DNA from: Candidatus Fimenecus sp.
Lineage (GTDB): Bacteria; Bacillota; Clostridia; Oscillospirales; Acutalibacteraceae
DNA length: 64,000 nucleotides
NCBI GenBank assembly: GCA_051881355.1
Contig: JBJEPS010000078.1
Span: 34,475 to 98,474, forward strand
Direction of reading: 5' to 3'
Below the pieces are notes generated by a model. That model was not told the origin of the DNA. It did no database searches and worked only from the letters and a program-made list of their open reading frames with translations. Both the position numbers and the translations under genes were made by a program. Below are positions 1 through 8,315 of this stretch, in pieces (positions within the stretch are counted from its first letter, which is position 1; each line of letters begins with the position of its first letter).

Positions 1-870
1 CATCGTGCGAAAATCCGTTTCATGAATGTTGCCGAGCAGATATTTGTCCGTGCAGTAAAAGTCGCACGGATAAATATTGCCGTTGCTTTCCGAAACAAAT
101 TGGTGCGAGCAGTGCCCCAAAATGCCGCATTGCTCAGTCTGCTGTCCTAAAAACAGACGTACCCAGTTGTCAAACTGCCGCACGCTCATATATTGCCCGC
201 GTACATAGTCTTTTACATACAAATTGAATACACGAATTAAAAAGTCCGCGTATTGGTCGGGCGTCATGTACAGCTCGCTTTCTTCCTGCGAATCAAATGG
301 ACGTAAGCAAGGGATAAACTGCAAATACCGAAAGCCTTTTTGGCGAAAATAGCGGTAAATCCGTTCGCCGTTTTCGGCGCAGTAGCCGGTTAATACAGTC
401 AAAATATTAAATTCTGCGCCGTGGCATTTCAGTGTTTCTGCGGCAGAGAGAATTTGATAAAACGAGTTTTGTCCCGAGGGTTTCTTGCGGAATTTGTTGC
501 CCTCTAAGTCGCCGTCTAAGCTCAATCCCACCAAAAATTGATTGTCGGCAAAAAACTGCGCCCAATCGTCGGTAAGCTTGGTGCCGTTGGTCTGAATGGA
601 GTAAAACACATTGCTGTTTTTACGGTTTTTCTGCTTGACCGTTTTTGTAAAGTGCTCAAAAAACGGCAGACCGCACAGCGTCGGCTCGCCGCCTTGAAAG
701 GCAAAGGCAACCGGGTGCCCGTCGGCAAAGTCGAGGGCTTTTTGAATGAGAATATCGGCGGTGTCGTATGACATAGTGCCAAAACCGAGATGTTCCCTGT
801 GTTCGGAAACATCTCGGTAGAAGCAGTATTCACACGAAAGATTGCAAAGGGACGACGCCGGTTTTATCAT
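1..870 (-). CDS. anaerobic sulfatase-maturating enzyme (radical SAM/SPASM); C-terminus runs off the left edge
   Basis: Absent from the ORF track because it is edge-truncated. My minus-strand translation from the ATG at 870..868 reads MIKPASSLCNLSCEYCFYRD... (CxxxCxxC radical-SAM motif), then FQGGEPTL, then a Cys-rich SPASM-like stretch (CGILGHCSHQF...YPCDFYC). It lies 45 nt downstream of a Cys-type sulfatase on the same strand. Confidence 0.85.
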   Translation of the reverse strand, partial: MIKPASSLCNLSCEYCFYRDVSEHREHLGFGTMSYDTADILIQKALDFADGHPVAFAFQGGEPTLCGLPFFEHFTKTVKQKNRKNSNVFYSIQTNGTKLTDDWAQFFADNQFLVGLSLDGDLEGNKFRKKPSGQNSFYQILSAAETLKCHGAEFNILTVLTGYCAENGERIYRYFRQKGFRYLQFIPCLRPFDSQEESELYMTPDQYADFLIRVFNLYVKDYVRGQYMSVRQFDNWVRLFLGQQTEQCGILGHCSHQFVSESNGNIYPCDFYCTDKYLLGNIHETDFRTM

Positions 871-915
871 CAAAGATAAGCTTGGCATAAGACCACATCT
901 TTCGGGGGAAATATG

Positions 916-2952
916 TTATTTGATAATACCGCGGCGATTGTCCTTGAAATCCTGCTGGATTTCATCGAGCTTCGCGTGGTATGTATCCGCGATTTCAGGA
1001 TACACAGATGTACGGTTATAGTTCTCACCGGCATCGTCAGTCAGAATGTGCAGCCAGTTGGTGCGGAATTTATCGAAGAACGCGGAGTTGTCATTCTGAA
1101 TACGGTCGAAGTATTTAAAGGTGATGAACTCATTTTCCGTCAAAATTTCGTAATCGTAATCCGGATACTGTTCCAGTACTGCAGCGGTCGGCATGGTGTA
1201 CTGGATTGCCTTAATGTCCTCACGCTTCATATGCAAAATCGGGTGTTCCTCGGTGTGAATGACCGTATCGTCTTTCAAGAGTGAAGTCATCGAAACGCCG
1301 TCAATCACACGGTCGGTCGGCAGGTAATTGGTTTGCCCGCCGTTACCGGTAATGCCGCAGAGCTCCAGAAGCGTCGGATAGAGGTCAACCAGCGTTGCAG
1401 ACTGTTTTCTGCTTGTGCCTTTTGTACCCAACGCGCCGTTATCGTTGTCCCAGCGAATCATAAACGGAACCTTCTGCCCGCCTTCATACGCGAGATATTT
1501 GCCGCCGCGCAGGTCGCTGACAGAGCCTTCCAGTGCCGGACCGTTATCGCTTGTGAAAATAATGATGGTGTCCTCTAAAACGCCGAGTTCTTCGAGCTTG
1601 TCGAACAACTGACCGAGATAATAGTCCACTTCGGTAACGCAGTCCACATATGTACCCATACCGCTGGTGCCGTCGAAATCATCGCCTGCAAATACGGGTG
1701 CGTGCGGCCACGGAGAAGCATAATATGCAAAGAACGGCTCATCGGAATTCTCGACCTGGTCGGTAATCCAGTTGATCATTTCGTCGTTAATCCATTCCGT
1801 CAGCTTGCTTTGGTCTTTTTTGCCGTCGACGAACATCTCATCTGTGCCATGCACAATTTCATACTGTCCGTTTTCCTCACGGACATGGTAGAACGGCGTC
1901 ATATCGTTGACATAGTGACTACCGTAGAAGTAATCAAAGCCTTGATTGGTCGGCAGATACTCACCGTAATCGCCCAAATGCCATTTGCCGAATGCGCCGG
2001 TGTTATAACCTGCCGCTTGGAAAGCTTCCGCAATGGTGATTTCGTCGCCGAGCATACCGTCTGCATTGCCGCCCATTTCAATGGAATTGAAAATGCGGGT
2101 TTGCGCAAACGGGGAGATGGTGGCAACTGTCGGGTAGATGACATTGTCCGCATAGCCACGGTACGGATAGCGACCGGTCATCGCCGCGAAACGTGCAGGC
2201 GAACAAACGGAGTATGAGGAATAGAAATTGTCAAGAGAAATGCCGTTTTCGCCGATGCTGTCCATGTTCGGCGTATCATAGATTGCGCCGTTTAAGGAAA
2301 TGTCGCCCCAACCGAGGTCGTCCATCAAAATAAACAGAACATTGGGATTGTTTTCCTTAGTGGCGTTTTTATCCACGCCCTTTAAGTAATCGTCCTGACC
2401 TTCCCAAAGGCGTTCGGTGTTGGGCTTTGAACGCAAATTCATGGTCAGTACATAGATGATGCTGGTGGCAATCAACAGCACGCTTAACACACCCGAAAGC
2501 GCTTTTTTCGCACTTTCTTTTTTAAAGGTATGCTTTGCCGTGAAGAATAACCCCCAAAGGCAAATTGCTGCCGGGAGTGCCAGCAACAGGTTGCCGAGTA
2601 ATCTCGTACCGAAATTTCCTTCGCCCTGTAACCACGGGTGGTCAGCGGAAGCATACCCCGCAAGACCCGAGGAAAATGCACCGAAGCCGCCATCTGCGCC
2701 CCAGATGATGTAGTATACAACCACGCCGAGCACAGCCGCCGCGTAGCCGAATACCATCGGTGCGTAAACTTTCTTTTTAATGATAAGGCTCAACAGAATG
2801 ACAGCGGACATAATGCAGCAATAAGCTACCGCAACTACGCTGACAAAGTTCAGGCGGAAAATCCATTCCGCGAGCATAATGCCGATGCCCACAAGCATTA
2901 AGAGAATGGGGAATACCTTTTTGCCTGTGTCTAAAGTGATTTTCTTTTTCAT
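916..2952 (-). CDS. Cys-type (formylglycine) sulfatase with an N-terminal polytopic membrane domain
   Basis: 678-aa ORF. The first ~180 aa contain about five hydrophobic helices. The rest is a sulfatase fold with the signature SVCSPARFAAMTGRYP (C-x-P-x-R). GGAGG sits 7 nt upstream of the ATG. Confidence 0.9.
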   Translation of the reverse strand: MKKKITLDTGKKVFPILLMLVGIGIMLAEWIFRLNFVSVVAVAYCCIMSAVILLSLIIKKKVYAPMVFGYAAAVLGVVVYYIIWGADGGFGAFSSGLAGYASADHPWLQGEGNFGTRLLGNLLLALPAAICLWGLFFTAKHTFKKESAKKALSGVLSVLLIATSIIYVLTMNLRSKPNTERLWEGQDDYLKGVDKNATKENNPNVLFILMDDLGWGDISLNGAIYDTPNMDSIGENGISLDNFYSSYSVCSPARFAAMTGRYPYRGYADNVIYPTVATISPFAQTRIFNSIEMGGNADGMLGDEITIAEAFQAAGYNTGAFGKWHLGDYGEYLPTNQGFDYFYGSHYVNDMTPFYHVREENGQYEIVHGTDEMFVDGKKDQSKLTEWINDEMINWITDQVENSDEPFFAYYASPWPHAPVFAGDDFDGTSGMGTYVDCVTEVDYYLGQLFDKLEELGVLEDTIIIFTSDNGPALEGSVSDLRGGKYLAYEGGQKVPFMIRWDNDNGALGTKGTSRKQSATLVDLYPTLLELCGITGNGGQTNYLPTDRVIDGVSMTSLLKDDTVIHTEEHPILHMKREDIKAIQYTMPTAAVLEQYPDYDYEILTENEFITFKYFDRIQNDNSAFFDKFRTNWLHILTDDAGENYNRTSVYPEIADTYHAKLDEIQQDFKDNRRGIIK

Positions 2953-2979
2953 TACACAGCCTCCTTTTTATACCGATTT

Positions 2980-3009
2980 ATTATACTATAAAAAACATCT
3001 AATCGTCAA
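2980..3009 (-). promoter_or_regulatory. putative sigma-A promoter of the sulfatase/maturase operon
   Basis: The minus strand reads TTGACG, an 18-nt spacer, then TATAAT, about 25 nt upstream of the sulfatase RBS. Confidence 0.4.
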
Positions 3010-3086
3010 GTAACCAAAGCGTACAAAAATCGTATAAATTGCTGAAAATGCACAGCAATTTCGTTGGAAATGTTGATAAAATGCAA

Positions 3087-3121
3087 AGTGCCCGTCCGAA
3101 GAACGGACAGGCACTTTTTTT
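3087..3121 (-). terminator. intrinsic terminator downstream of hydA (hairpin usable in both directions)
   Basis: 12-bp GC-rich stem AGTGCCCGTCCG/CGGACAGGCACT with a 5-nt loop. A T-run follows on the plus strand and a T-rich tract follows on the minus strand. It lies 10 nt beyond the hydA stop. Confidence 0.7.
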
Positions 3122-3130
3122 GTAGATAAA

Positions 3131-4873
3131 TTAGTTGTATTTTTTGCGCGCGACATAAGAGGTGTGCAGAATTTCGTGCGCCTTGTGGCTGCCGGGTTCA
3201 CCAAAGAATTCGCTGTACAACGCTTTAATCGTTTCATTTTCATGCGATTTGCGTTTGGCGTTGGCAGCATCTGCCGCATAGAGCGCCTCGGCGCGTCTTG
3301 CTTTCAAATCGACGAAGTTACGGACGACCGCGTGCTGAATCGGCTGACCGCCGCCGTTGATACAGCCGCCCGGGCAACCCATAATCTCAATGAACTGATA
3401 ATCGGCGGTACCGTCCTTAATTTTGTCAAGCAGGATTTTTGCATTTTTGGTGCCGCTGGCAACCGCAACCTTGACCTTCAGCCCCGCAACATCATATTCA
3501 GCTTCTTTGACGCTTTCCATACCGCGGACTTCTTTGAAGTCAACATTCGGCAGGGTTTCGCCGGTCAGGGTTTCCACTGCGGTACGCAGAGCTGCCTCCA
3601 TCACGCCGCCGGTCGCACCGAAAATGGTCGCTGCACCGGTGGACTCGCCGAACGGAATATCAAATTCTTCATCGGGCAGGTGTTTAAAGAAGATACCTGC
3701 GCTTTCAATCATACGGGCAAGCTCACGCGTGGTAATGGCAATGTCTACATCGGGGTAGCCGGACGCCGCCTGGTCTGGACGCTTGGTCTCGAATTTCTTG
3801 GCGGTGCAGGGCATCACGCCGACCACAACCATATCCTTGGGGTCCATACCGAGCTTCTGCGCGTAATAGGTTTTCATCGTCGCGCCGAACATCTGCTGGG
3901 GCGACTTGCAGGTTGAAAGATGCGGAATGAGTTCGGGATAATAATGCTCGCAATATTTAATCCACCCGGGCGAGCAAGAGGTAATCATCGGCAGAACGCC
4001 GCCGTTTTGCACACGGTCTAAGAATTCGTGCGCTTCTTCCATAATGGTTAAGTCAGCGGCAAAGTCGGTATCGAACACCTTGTCAAAGCCGAGACGGCGC
4101 AAAGCGGCAACCATTTTACCCTCAACGTTGGTGCCGATGTGCATTCCGAATGCTTCACCGAGCGTTGCGCGGATAGACGGCGCGGTGTTGACAATGACGA
4201 ATTTGTCGGGGTCGTTAATCGCGGCGAGAACCTTGTCGGTGTCGTCTTTTTCAACGATAGCACCCGTCGGGCAGTTGACGATGCACTGTCCGCAGGAAAT
4301 GCACGAAACATCCGCCAAATCCTTGTCAAAAGCCGAGCTGATGTGCGTATCAAAGCCGCGGGCGTTTGCACCGATGACGGAAATGCCCTGCGCGTCGCAA
4401 GCCGCAACGCAGCGACGGCAAAGAATGCACTTGTTGTTGTCGCGCACCATATGTGCAGCGGAATCGTCGAGATCGTAATGAATGGTTTCACCCGCAAAGG
4501 CGTCTGCGTCATCTACGCCGAATTCCTTACACAGTGCCTGCAATTCGCAGTTTCCGCTGCGCACACAGGAGAGACATTTTTTGTCGTGCGTAGAAAGAAT
4601 GAGCTCCAATGTCATTTTGCGGGAATGGCGAACACGCTCGGTATTGGTAAAAATCTCCATACCCTCGTTTACGGGGTACACGCAAGCAGTTACAAGGCTT
4701 CTTGCGCCTTTGACTTCGACCATGCAGATACGGCATGCGCCGATTTCGTTAATATCTTTTAAATAGCAAAGGGTCGGGATTTCAATGCCGGCAAATCTTG
4801 CCGCCTCCAAAATCGAAATGCCCTTCGGCACGCTCAAGGGCATGCCGTTAATTTGAATATTGACAGTTTCCAT
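3131..4873 (-). CDS. hydA: [FeFe]-hydrogenase catalytic subunit (M3-type; HydA/HndD-like)
   Basis: N-terminal 2Fe-2S region, then HDKKCLSCVRSGNC, then 2x[4Fe-4S] (CILCRRCVAAC, CISCGQCIVNCP). H-cluster motifs are L1 ITSCSPGW, L2 MPCTAKKFE and L3 EIMGCPGGCINGGGQP. I moved the start to the ATG at 4873 (AAGGAG 8 nt upstream) rather than the GTG at 4882. Confidence 0.93.
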   Translation of the reverse strand: METVNIQINGMPLSVPKGISILEAARFAGIEIPTLCYLKDINEIGACRICMVEVKGARSLVTACVYPVNEGMEIFTNTERVRHSRKMTLELILSTHDKKCLSCVRSGNCELQALCKEFGVDDADAFAGETIHYDLDDSAAHMVRDNNKCILCRRCVAACDAQGISVIGANARGFDTHISSAFDKDLADVSCISCGQCIVNCPTGAIVEKDDTDKVLAAINDPDKFVIVNTAPSIRATLGEAFGMHIGTNVEGKMVAALRRLGFDKVFDTDFAADLTIMEEAHEFLDRVQNGGVLPMITSCSPGWIKYCEHYYPELIPHLSTCKSPQQMFGATMKTYYAQKLGMDPKDMVVVGVMPCTAKKFETKRPDQAASGYPDVDIAITTRELARMIESAGIFFKHLPDEEFDIPFGESTGAATIFGATGGVMEAALRTAVETLTGETLPNVDFKEVRGMESVKEAEYDVAGLKVKVAVASGTKNAKILLDKIKDGTADYQFIEIMGCPGGCINGGGQPIQHAVVRNFVDLKARRAEALYAADAANAKRKSHENETIKALYSEFFGEPGSHKAHEILHTSYVARKKYN

Positions 4874-4885
4874 TAGGCACACTCC

Positions 4886-6673
4886 TTATTTCTTGACAAC
4901 GGCACCGAATTTGCAGGTCTCGAGGCAGACACCGCATTTGATGCACTTGTCGGTATGAATGGTATGTACTTCCTTGACTTTGCCTTCGATTGCACCGGCA
5001 GGACATTTTCTTGCGCAAGCGGTACAGCCGCGGCACTTGTCCGGCTCAATCGCGTAGGTCATCAACGCCTTGCAGACGCCCGCGGGGCACTTTTTATCCT
5101 GAATGTGTGCCACATATTCCTCACGGAAGAATTTGAGCGTGGCAAGCACGGGATTGGGCGCAGTTTGCCCCAAGCCGCACAGGGAGTTTGCCTTGATGTA
5201 GTGGCACAAATCCTCTAATTTGTCCAAATCCTCCATCGTGGCTTTGCCCGCGGTGATTTTGTCGAGCATTTCAAGCAACCGTTTGGTGCCGACGCGGCAG
5301 GGGGTGCATTTGCCGCAGGACTCGTCAACCGTGAAGTTCAGGAAGAATTTTGCAATATCGACCATGCAGTTGTCCTCGTCCATAACGATTAAGCCGCCCG
5401 AACCCATCATACAGCCGATGGCGGTCAAGTTGTCATAGTCGATCGGGGTGTCCATAAGCGTTGCGGGGATACAGCCGCCGGAGGGACCGCCCGTCTGTGC
5501 CGCCTTGAACTTTTTGCCGTTCGGAATACCGCCGCCGATTTCCTCAATAATTTCGCGTAAGGTTGTGCCCATCGGAATTTCGACAAGACCGGTGTTCTTG
5601 ATTTTGCCGCCGAGTGCAAAGACCTTGGTGCCCTTGGATTTTTCGGTACCCATGGAGGCAAACCAATCCGCACCCTTTAAGATAATCTGCGGAATGTTGG
5701 CAAAGGTTTCAACATTGTTTTCGGTGGTGGGTTTTGCGAACAAGCCCTTGACCGCCGGATAGGGCGGACGGGGTCTCGGCTCGCCGCGGTTGCCCTCAAT
5801 GGAGGTCATCAGCGCGGTTTCCTCGCCGCAGACGAATGCGCCTGCACCCAAACGTACATGCAAATCAAAATCAAAGCCGCTGTCGAAAATGTTTTTGCCG
5901 AGAAGCCCGTATTCGCGTGCCTGTTTAATGGCAATCTGCAAACGCTTAACGGCAATGGGATATTCCGCGCGGACATAGACATAGCCTTCGCTCGCGCCCG
6001 TGGCATAGCCGCAAATCGCCATCGCTTCCACGATGCAGTGCGGGTCACCTTCGAGGACAGAACGGTCCATAAATGCGCCGGGGTCGCCCTCGTCCGCGTT
6101 GCAGACAACATATTTCTGGTCTGCCTGATTGGCAGCGGTGAAACTCCATTTAAGACCTGTCGGGAATCCGCCGCCGCCTCTGCCGCGCAGCCCCGAGTCT
6201 TTCACAATCTGAATGACCTGTTCGGGAGTGTATTCCTTTAAGCATTTCGCAAGCGCCATATAGCCGTCAAACGCGATGTATTCCTCGATGTTTTCAGGGT
6301 CGATGACACCGCAGTTACGCAGCGCTACACGGTGCTGTTTTTTGTAGAAATCGGTTTCCTGCAAGGATTTGACGTCGTCCATGGTGACGGTCTCATCGTA
6401 AAGCAAGCGTTTGACAAGTCTGCCCTTTAACAGGTGCTCCTCGACGATTTCGGGCACGTCGGACACCTTGACTTGGCTGTAAAAGCTACCCTCAGGGTAG
6501 ACAATCATAATGGGACCCAAGGCGCAAAGTCCGAAGCAGCCCGTGCGGACAACCTTGACTTCATCCTGCAAGCCCTTTTTTGCGATTTCAGCTTCAAGAG
6601 CCTCAATAATCGCAAGACTGTTTGAAGAGGTACAACCGGTACCGCCGCAAACCAGAACATGGGAACGATACAT
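4886..6673 (-). CDS. hydB: NuoF-like flavin/NAD(P)H-binding hydrogenase subunit (HydB/HndC-like)
   Basis: 595 aa. It has a thioredoxin-like 2Fe-2S N-terminus (VCGGTGC...CFGLCALGP), a GGGGFPTGLKW nucleotide/FMN site, and C-terminal ferredoxin-type clusters CRGCTACARKCP and CIKCGVCLETC. GGAGG RBS. Confidence 0.93.
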   Translation of the reverse strand: MYRSHVLVCGGTGCTSSNSLAIIEALEAEIAKKGLQDEVKVVRTGCFGLCALGPIMIVYPEGSFYSQVKVSDVPEIVEEHLLKGRLVKRLLYDETVTMDDVKSLQETDFYKKQHRVALRNCGVIDPENIEEYIAFDGYMALAKCLKEYTPEQVIQIVKDSGLRGRGGGGFPTGLKWSFTAANQADQKYVVCNADEGDPGAFMDRSVLEGDPHCIVEAMAICGYATGASEGYVYVRAEYPIAVKRLQIAIKQAREYGLLGKNIFDSGFDFDLHVRLGAGAFVCGEETALMTSIEGNRGEPRPRPPYPAVKGLFAKPTTENNVETFANIPQIILKGADWFASMGTEKSKGTKVFALGGKIKNTGLVEIPMGTTLREIIEEIGGGIPNGKKFKAAQTGGPSGGCIPATLMDTPIDYDNLTAIGCMMGSGGLIVMDEDNCMVDIAKFFLNFTVDESCGKCTPCRVGTKRLLEMLDKITAGKATMEDLDKLEDLCHYIKANSLCGLGQTAPNPVLATLKFFREEYVAHIQDKKCPAGVCKALMTYAIEPDKCRGCTACARKCPAGAIEGKVKEVHTIHTDKCIKCGVCLETCKFGAVVKK

Positions 6674-6685
6674 TGTATTTCCTCC

Positions 6686-7060
6686 TTATTTTGTTGCCGC
6701 GCCGACGGTGAAATCGACAATCGGGTTGCCGTTGACGATGTGGTCATTGACGACCTTCACCGCTTTTTCAGCGGTCATTTTGACATAGGTAACCTTTTCC
6801 TTGCCGGGCTCTAAAACCTCGACAATCGGCTCATACTGGCACATACCGATGCAGCCGGTCTGCGAAACGGTTACGCCCTTTAAGCCGCGCTTTGCGATTT
6901 CATCGACAAAGGCATTGAGCACCGGGCGCGCGCCCGCCGCAATGCCGCAGGTCGCCATACCGACGACGATACGAATATTGTCGTCTCCCGTGTCCTCACG
7001 CACGGTCATTTTCTTTTTGGCATTCTCCCGAATCGCCATCAGTTCTTCTAAAGATTTCAT
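6686..7060 (-). CDS. thioredoxin-like [2Fe-2S] ferredoxin (HndB/HydD-like small subunit)
   Basis: 124 aa with GMATCGIAAG ... GCIGMCQYEP. GGAGG sits 9 nt upstream. It lies between hydB and the ATPase gene in the operon. Confidence 0.85.
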   Translation of the reverse strand: MKSLEELMAIRENAKKKMTVREDTGDDNIRIVVGMATCGIAAGARPVLNAFVDEIAKRGLKGVTVSQTGCIGMCQYEPIVEVLEPGKEKVTYVKMTAEKAVKVVNDHIVNGNPIVDFTVGAATK

Positions 7061-7611
7061 TCTGTAACACCTCCGTACAGAGCTTCTGTATTTTCTTCAA
7101 TAAATTCGCGTATCCATTGCACCACAGCAGGCTCGGACAGTGGTACATCGCCGAGAATTTCGCGGATTTCCGCCGTGTCGAAAATAAATTCCCGTTGGTC
7201 CACCTTGTGCCGATACAAAAACTGGATTTCCGTGTTCATACTCACAAGCGTTGTCACCGTAGAAGCCATATCCCCAAGCGGCGTGAAATCCACGCTGTCG
7301 GTGTGAAATACGGCTTTGATGTTGGTGCCGATGCCGACCTTTGACGAAATCGTGAGGGTGCCGCCCGTTTGCTCCGCCGCCATTTTAAAAAGCGGCACAC
7401 CCATACCGACCTTGCGGGTGGTGCGGGTGGTATAAAACGGGTCCAACACGCTTTTAACCTGTTCGTCATTCATACCGCAGCCATTGTCATAAATCCCGAC
7501 AGTCAGGGTGTGCGTATCGGTACGCTCCACGATTTCAATCTGAATTTGCGATGCGGCGGCGGTGATGGAATTCTGTGCAATGTCCAGCACATTCAATGAC
7601 AGTTCCCGCAT
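7057..7611 (-). CDS. stand-alone histidine-kinase-type ATPase (HATPase_c only, no DHp or sensor domain)
   Basis: 184 aa with an N-box-like NVLDIAQNS, G1 DNGCGM and G2 GMGVPL. Its stop overlaps the downstream start by 4 nt and its start overlaps the hydC stop by 1 nt, so it is translationally coupled inside the operon. Confidence 0.85.
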   Translation of the reverse strand: MRELSLNVLDIAQNSITAAASQIQIEIVERTDTHTLTVGIYDNGCGMNDEQVKSVLDPFYTTRTTRKVGMGVPLFKMAAEQTGGTLTISSKVGIGTNIKAVFHTDSVDFTPLGDMASTVTTLVSMNTEIQFLYRHKVDQREFIFDTAEIREILGDVPLSEPAVVQWIREFIEENTEALYGGVTE

Positions 7612-8108
7612 CAGTTTTGGTATTTCGCGAGAATGTCAGGAACGTCGTCCTCGGTAATTTTGCCGTACACTTCATCATTGACCGTCAAAACGGGTGCAAG
7701 ACCGCACGCGCCGATGCAGCGGCAGGCTTCCAGCGAAAAACGCCCGTCCGGCGTGCATTCCCCCGCGCCGATGCCGAGCTCCTTGGTCAGTCTGTCTAAA
7801 ATTTGCTGGGACCCTTTGACATAGCAAGCCGTTCCCAAGCAAACCGATATGTTGTTTTCTCCTTTCGGTGAAAGAGAGAACTGTGCATAGAATGTAGATA
7901 CCCCGTAGACCTTTTCCAGCGGTACGTCCATACCCTCGGCAATCATCACCTGCACTTCATAGGGCAGATACCCGTAGATTTCCTGTGCCACCTGCATGAC
8001 ATGCATCAGCAGGCTTTTGTCGCTCTTGGATTCGTCGATGACCGCTTGCAGCTGTGCTTCTTGCTCGGGTGTGCCGCGAAACGGAATCGAACTGATTTTT
8101 TTGAGCAT
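7611..8108 (-). CDS. hydC: NuoE-like [2Fe-2S] hydrogenase subunit (HydC/HndA-like)
   Basis: 2Fe-2S motif CLGTACYVKG ... CRCIGACGLAPV. I set the start at the ATG at 8108, which is preceded by AGGAGG. The ORF-track start at 8162 has no RBS. Confidence 0.9.
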   Translation of the reverse strand: MLKKISSIPFRGTPEQEAQLQAVIDESKSDKSLLMHVMQVAQEIYGYLPYEVQVMIAEGMDVPLEKVYGVSTFYAQFSLSPKGENNISVCLGTACYVKGSQQILDRLTKELGIGAGECTPDGRFSLEACRCIGACGLAPVLTVNDEVYGKITEDDVPDILAKYQN

Positions 8109-8217
8109 TCGCGTATTTCCTCCTTTGCGAAAAATCGTATGCGCGCGGTGATACCAACGCATATAATAGAATTATAGCAGAAAGTATGTTAAAAATCTAT
8201 CATTTTTTACAAAAAAA

Positions 8218-8252
8218 CAATCAGTATTTTCATACTGATTGTTGCATTTTGA
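8218..8252 (-). terminator. intrinsic terminator downstream of pdxR
   Basis: 11-bp stem ACAATCAGTAT/ATACTGATTGT with a 4-nt loop, followed on the minus strand by a 7-T run. Confidence 0.7.
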
Positions 8253-8315
8253 TGTTTTCCGTATTTTTTCGACAAACGTTGAAAAATCCCTTTTAAACTG
8301 TTTCAAATGACACAT

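Noticed and set aside
522-833. ORF-track entries 522..833 (-) and 538..771 (+)
   Set aside because: Both lie inside, and out of frame with, the edge-truncated radical SAM maturase gene, which explains this region.
8163-8215. Possible Rex box upstream of the hydrogenase operon
   Set aside because: Only half-site resemblance (TGTTAAAAAT...) to TTGTGAA-N4-TTCACAA. That is not convincing without a genome-specific matrix.
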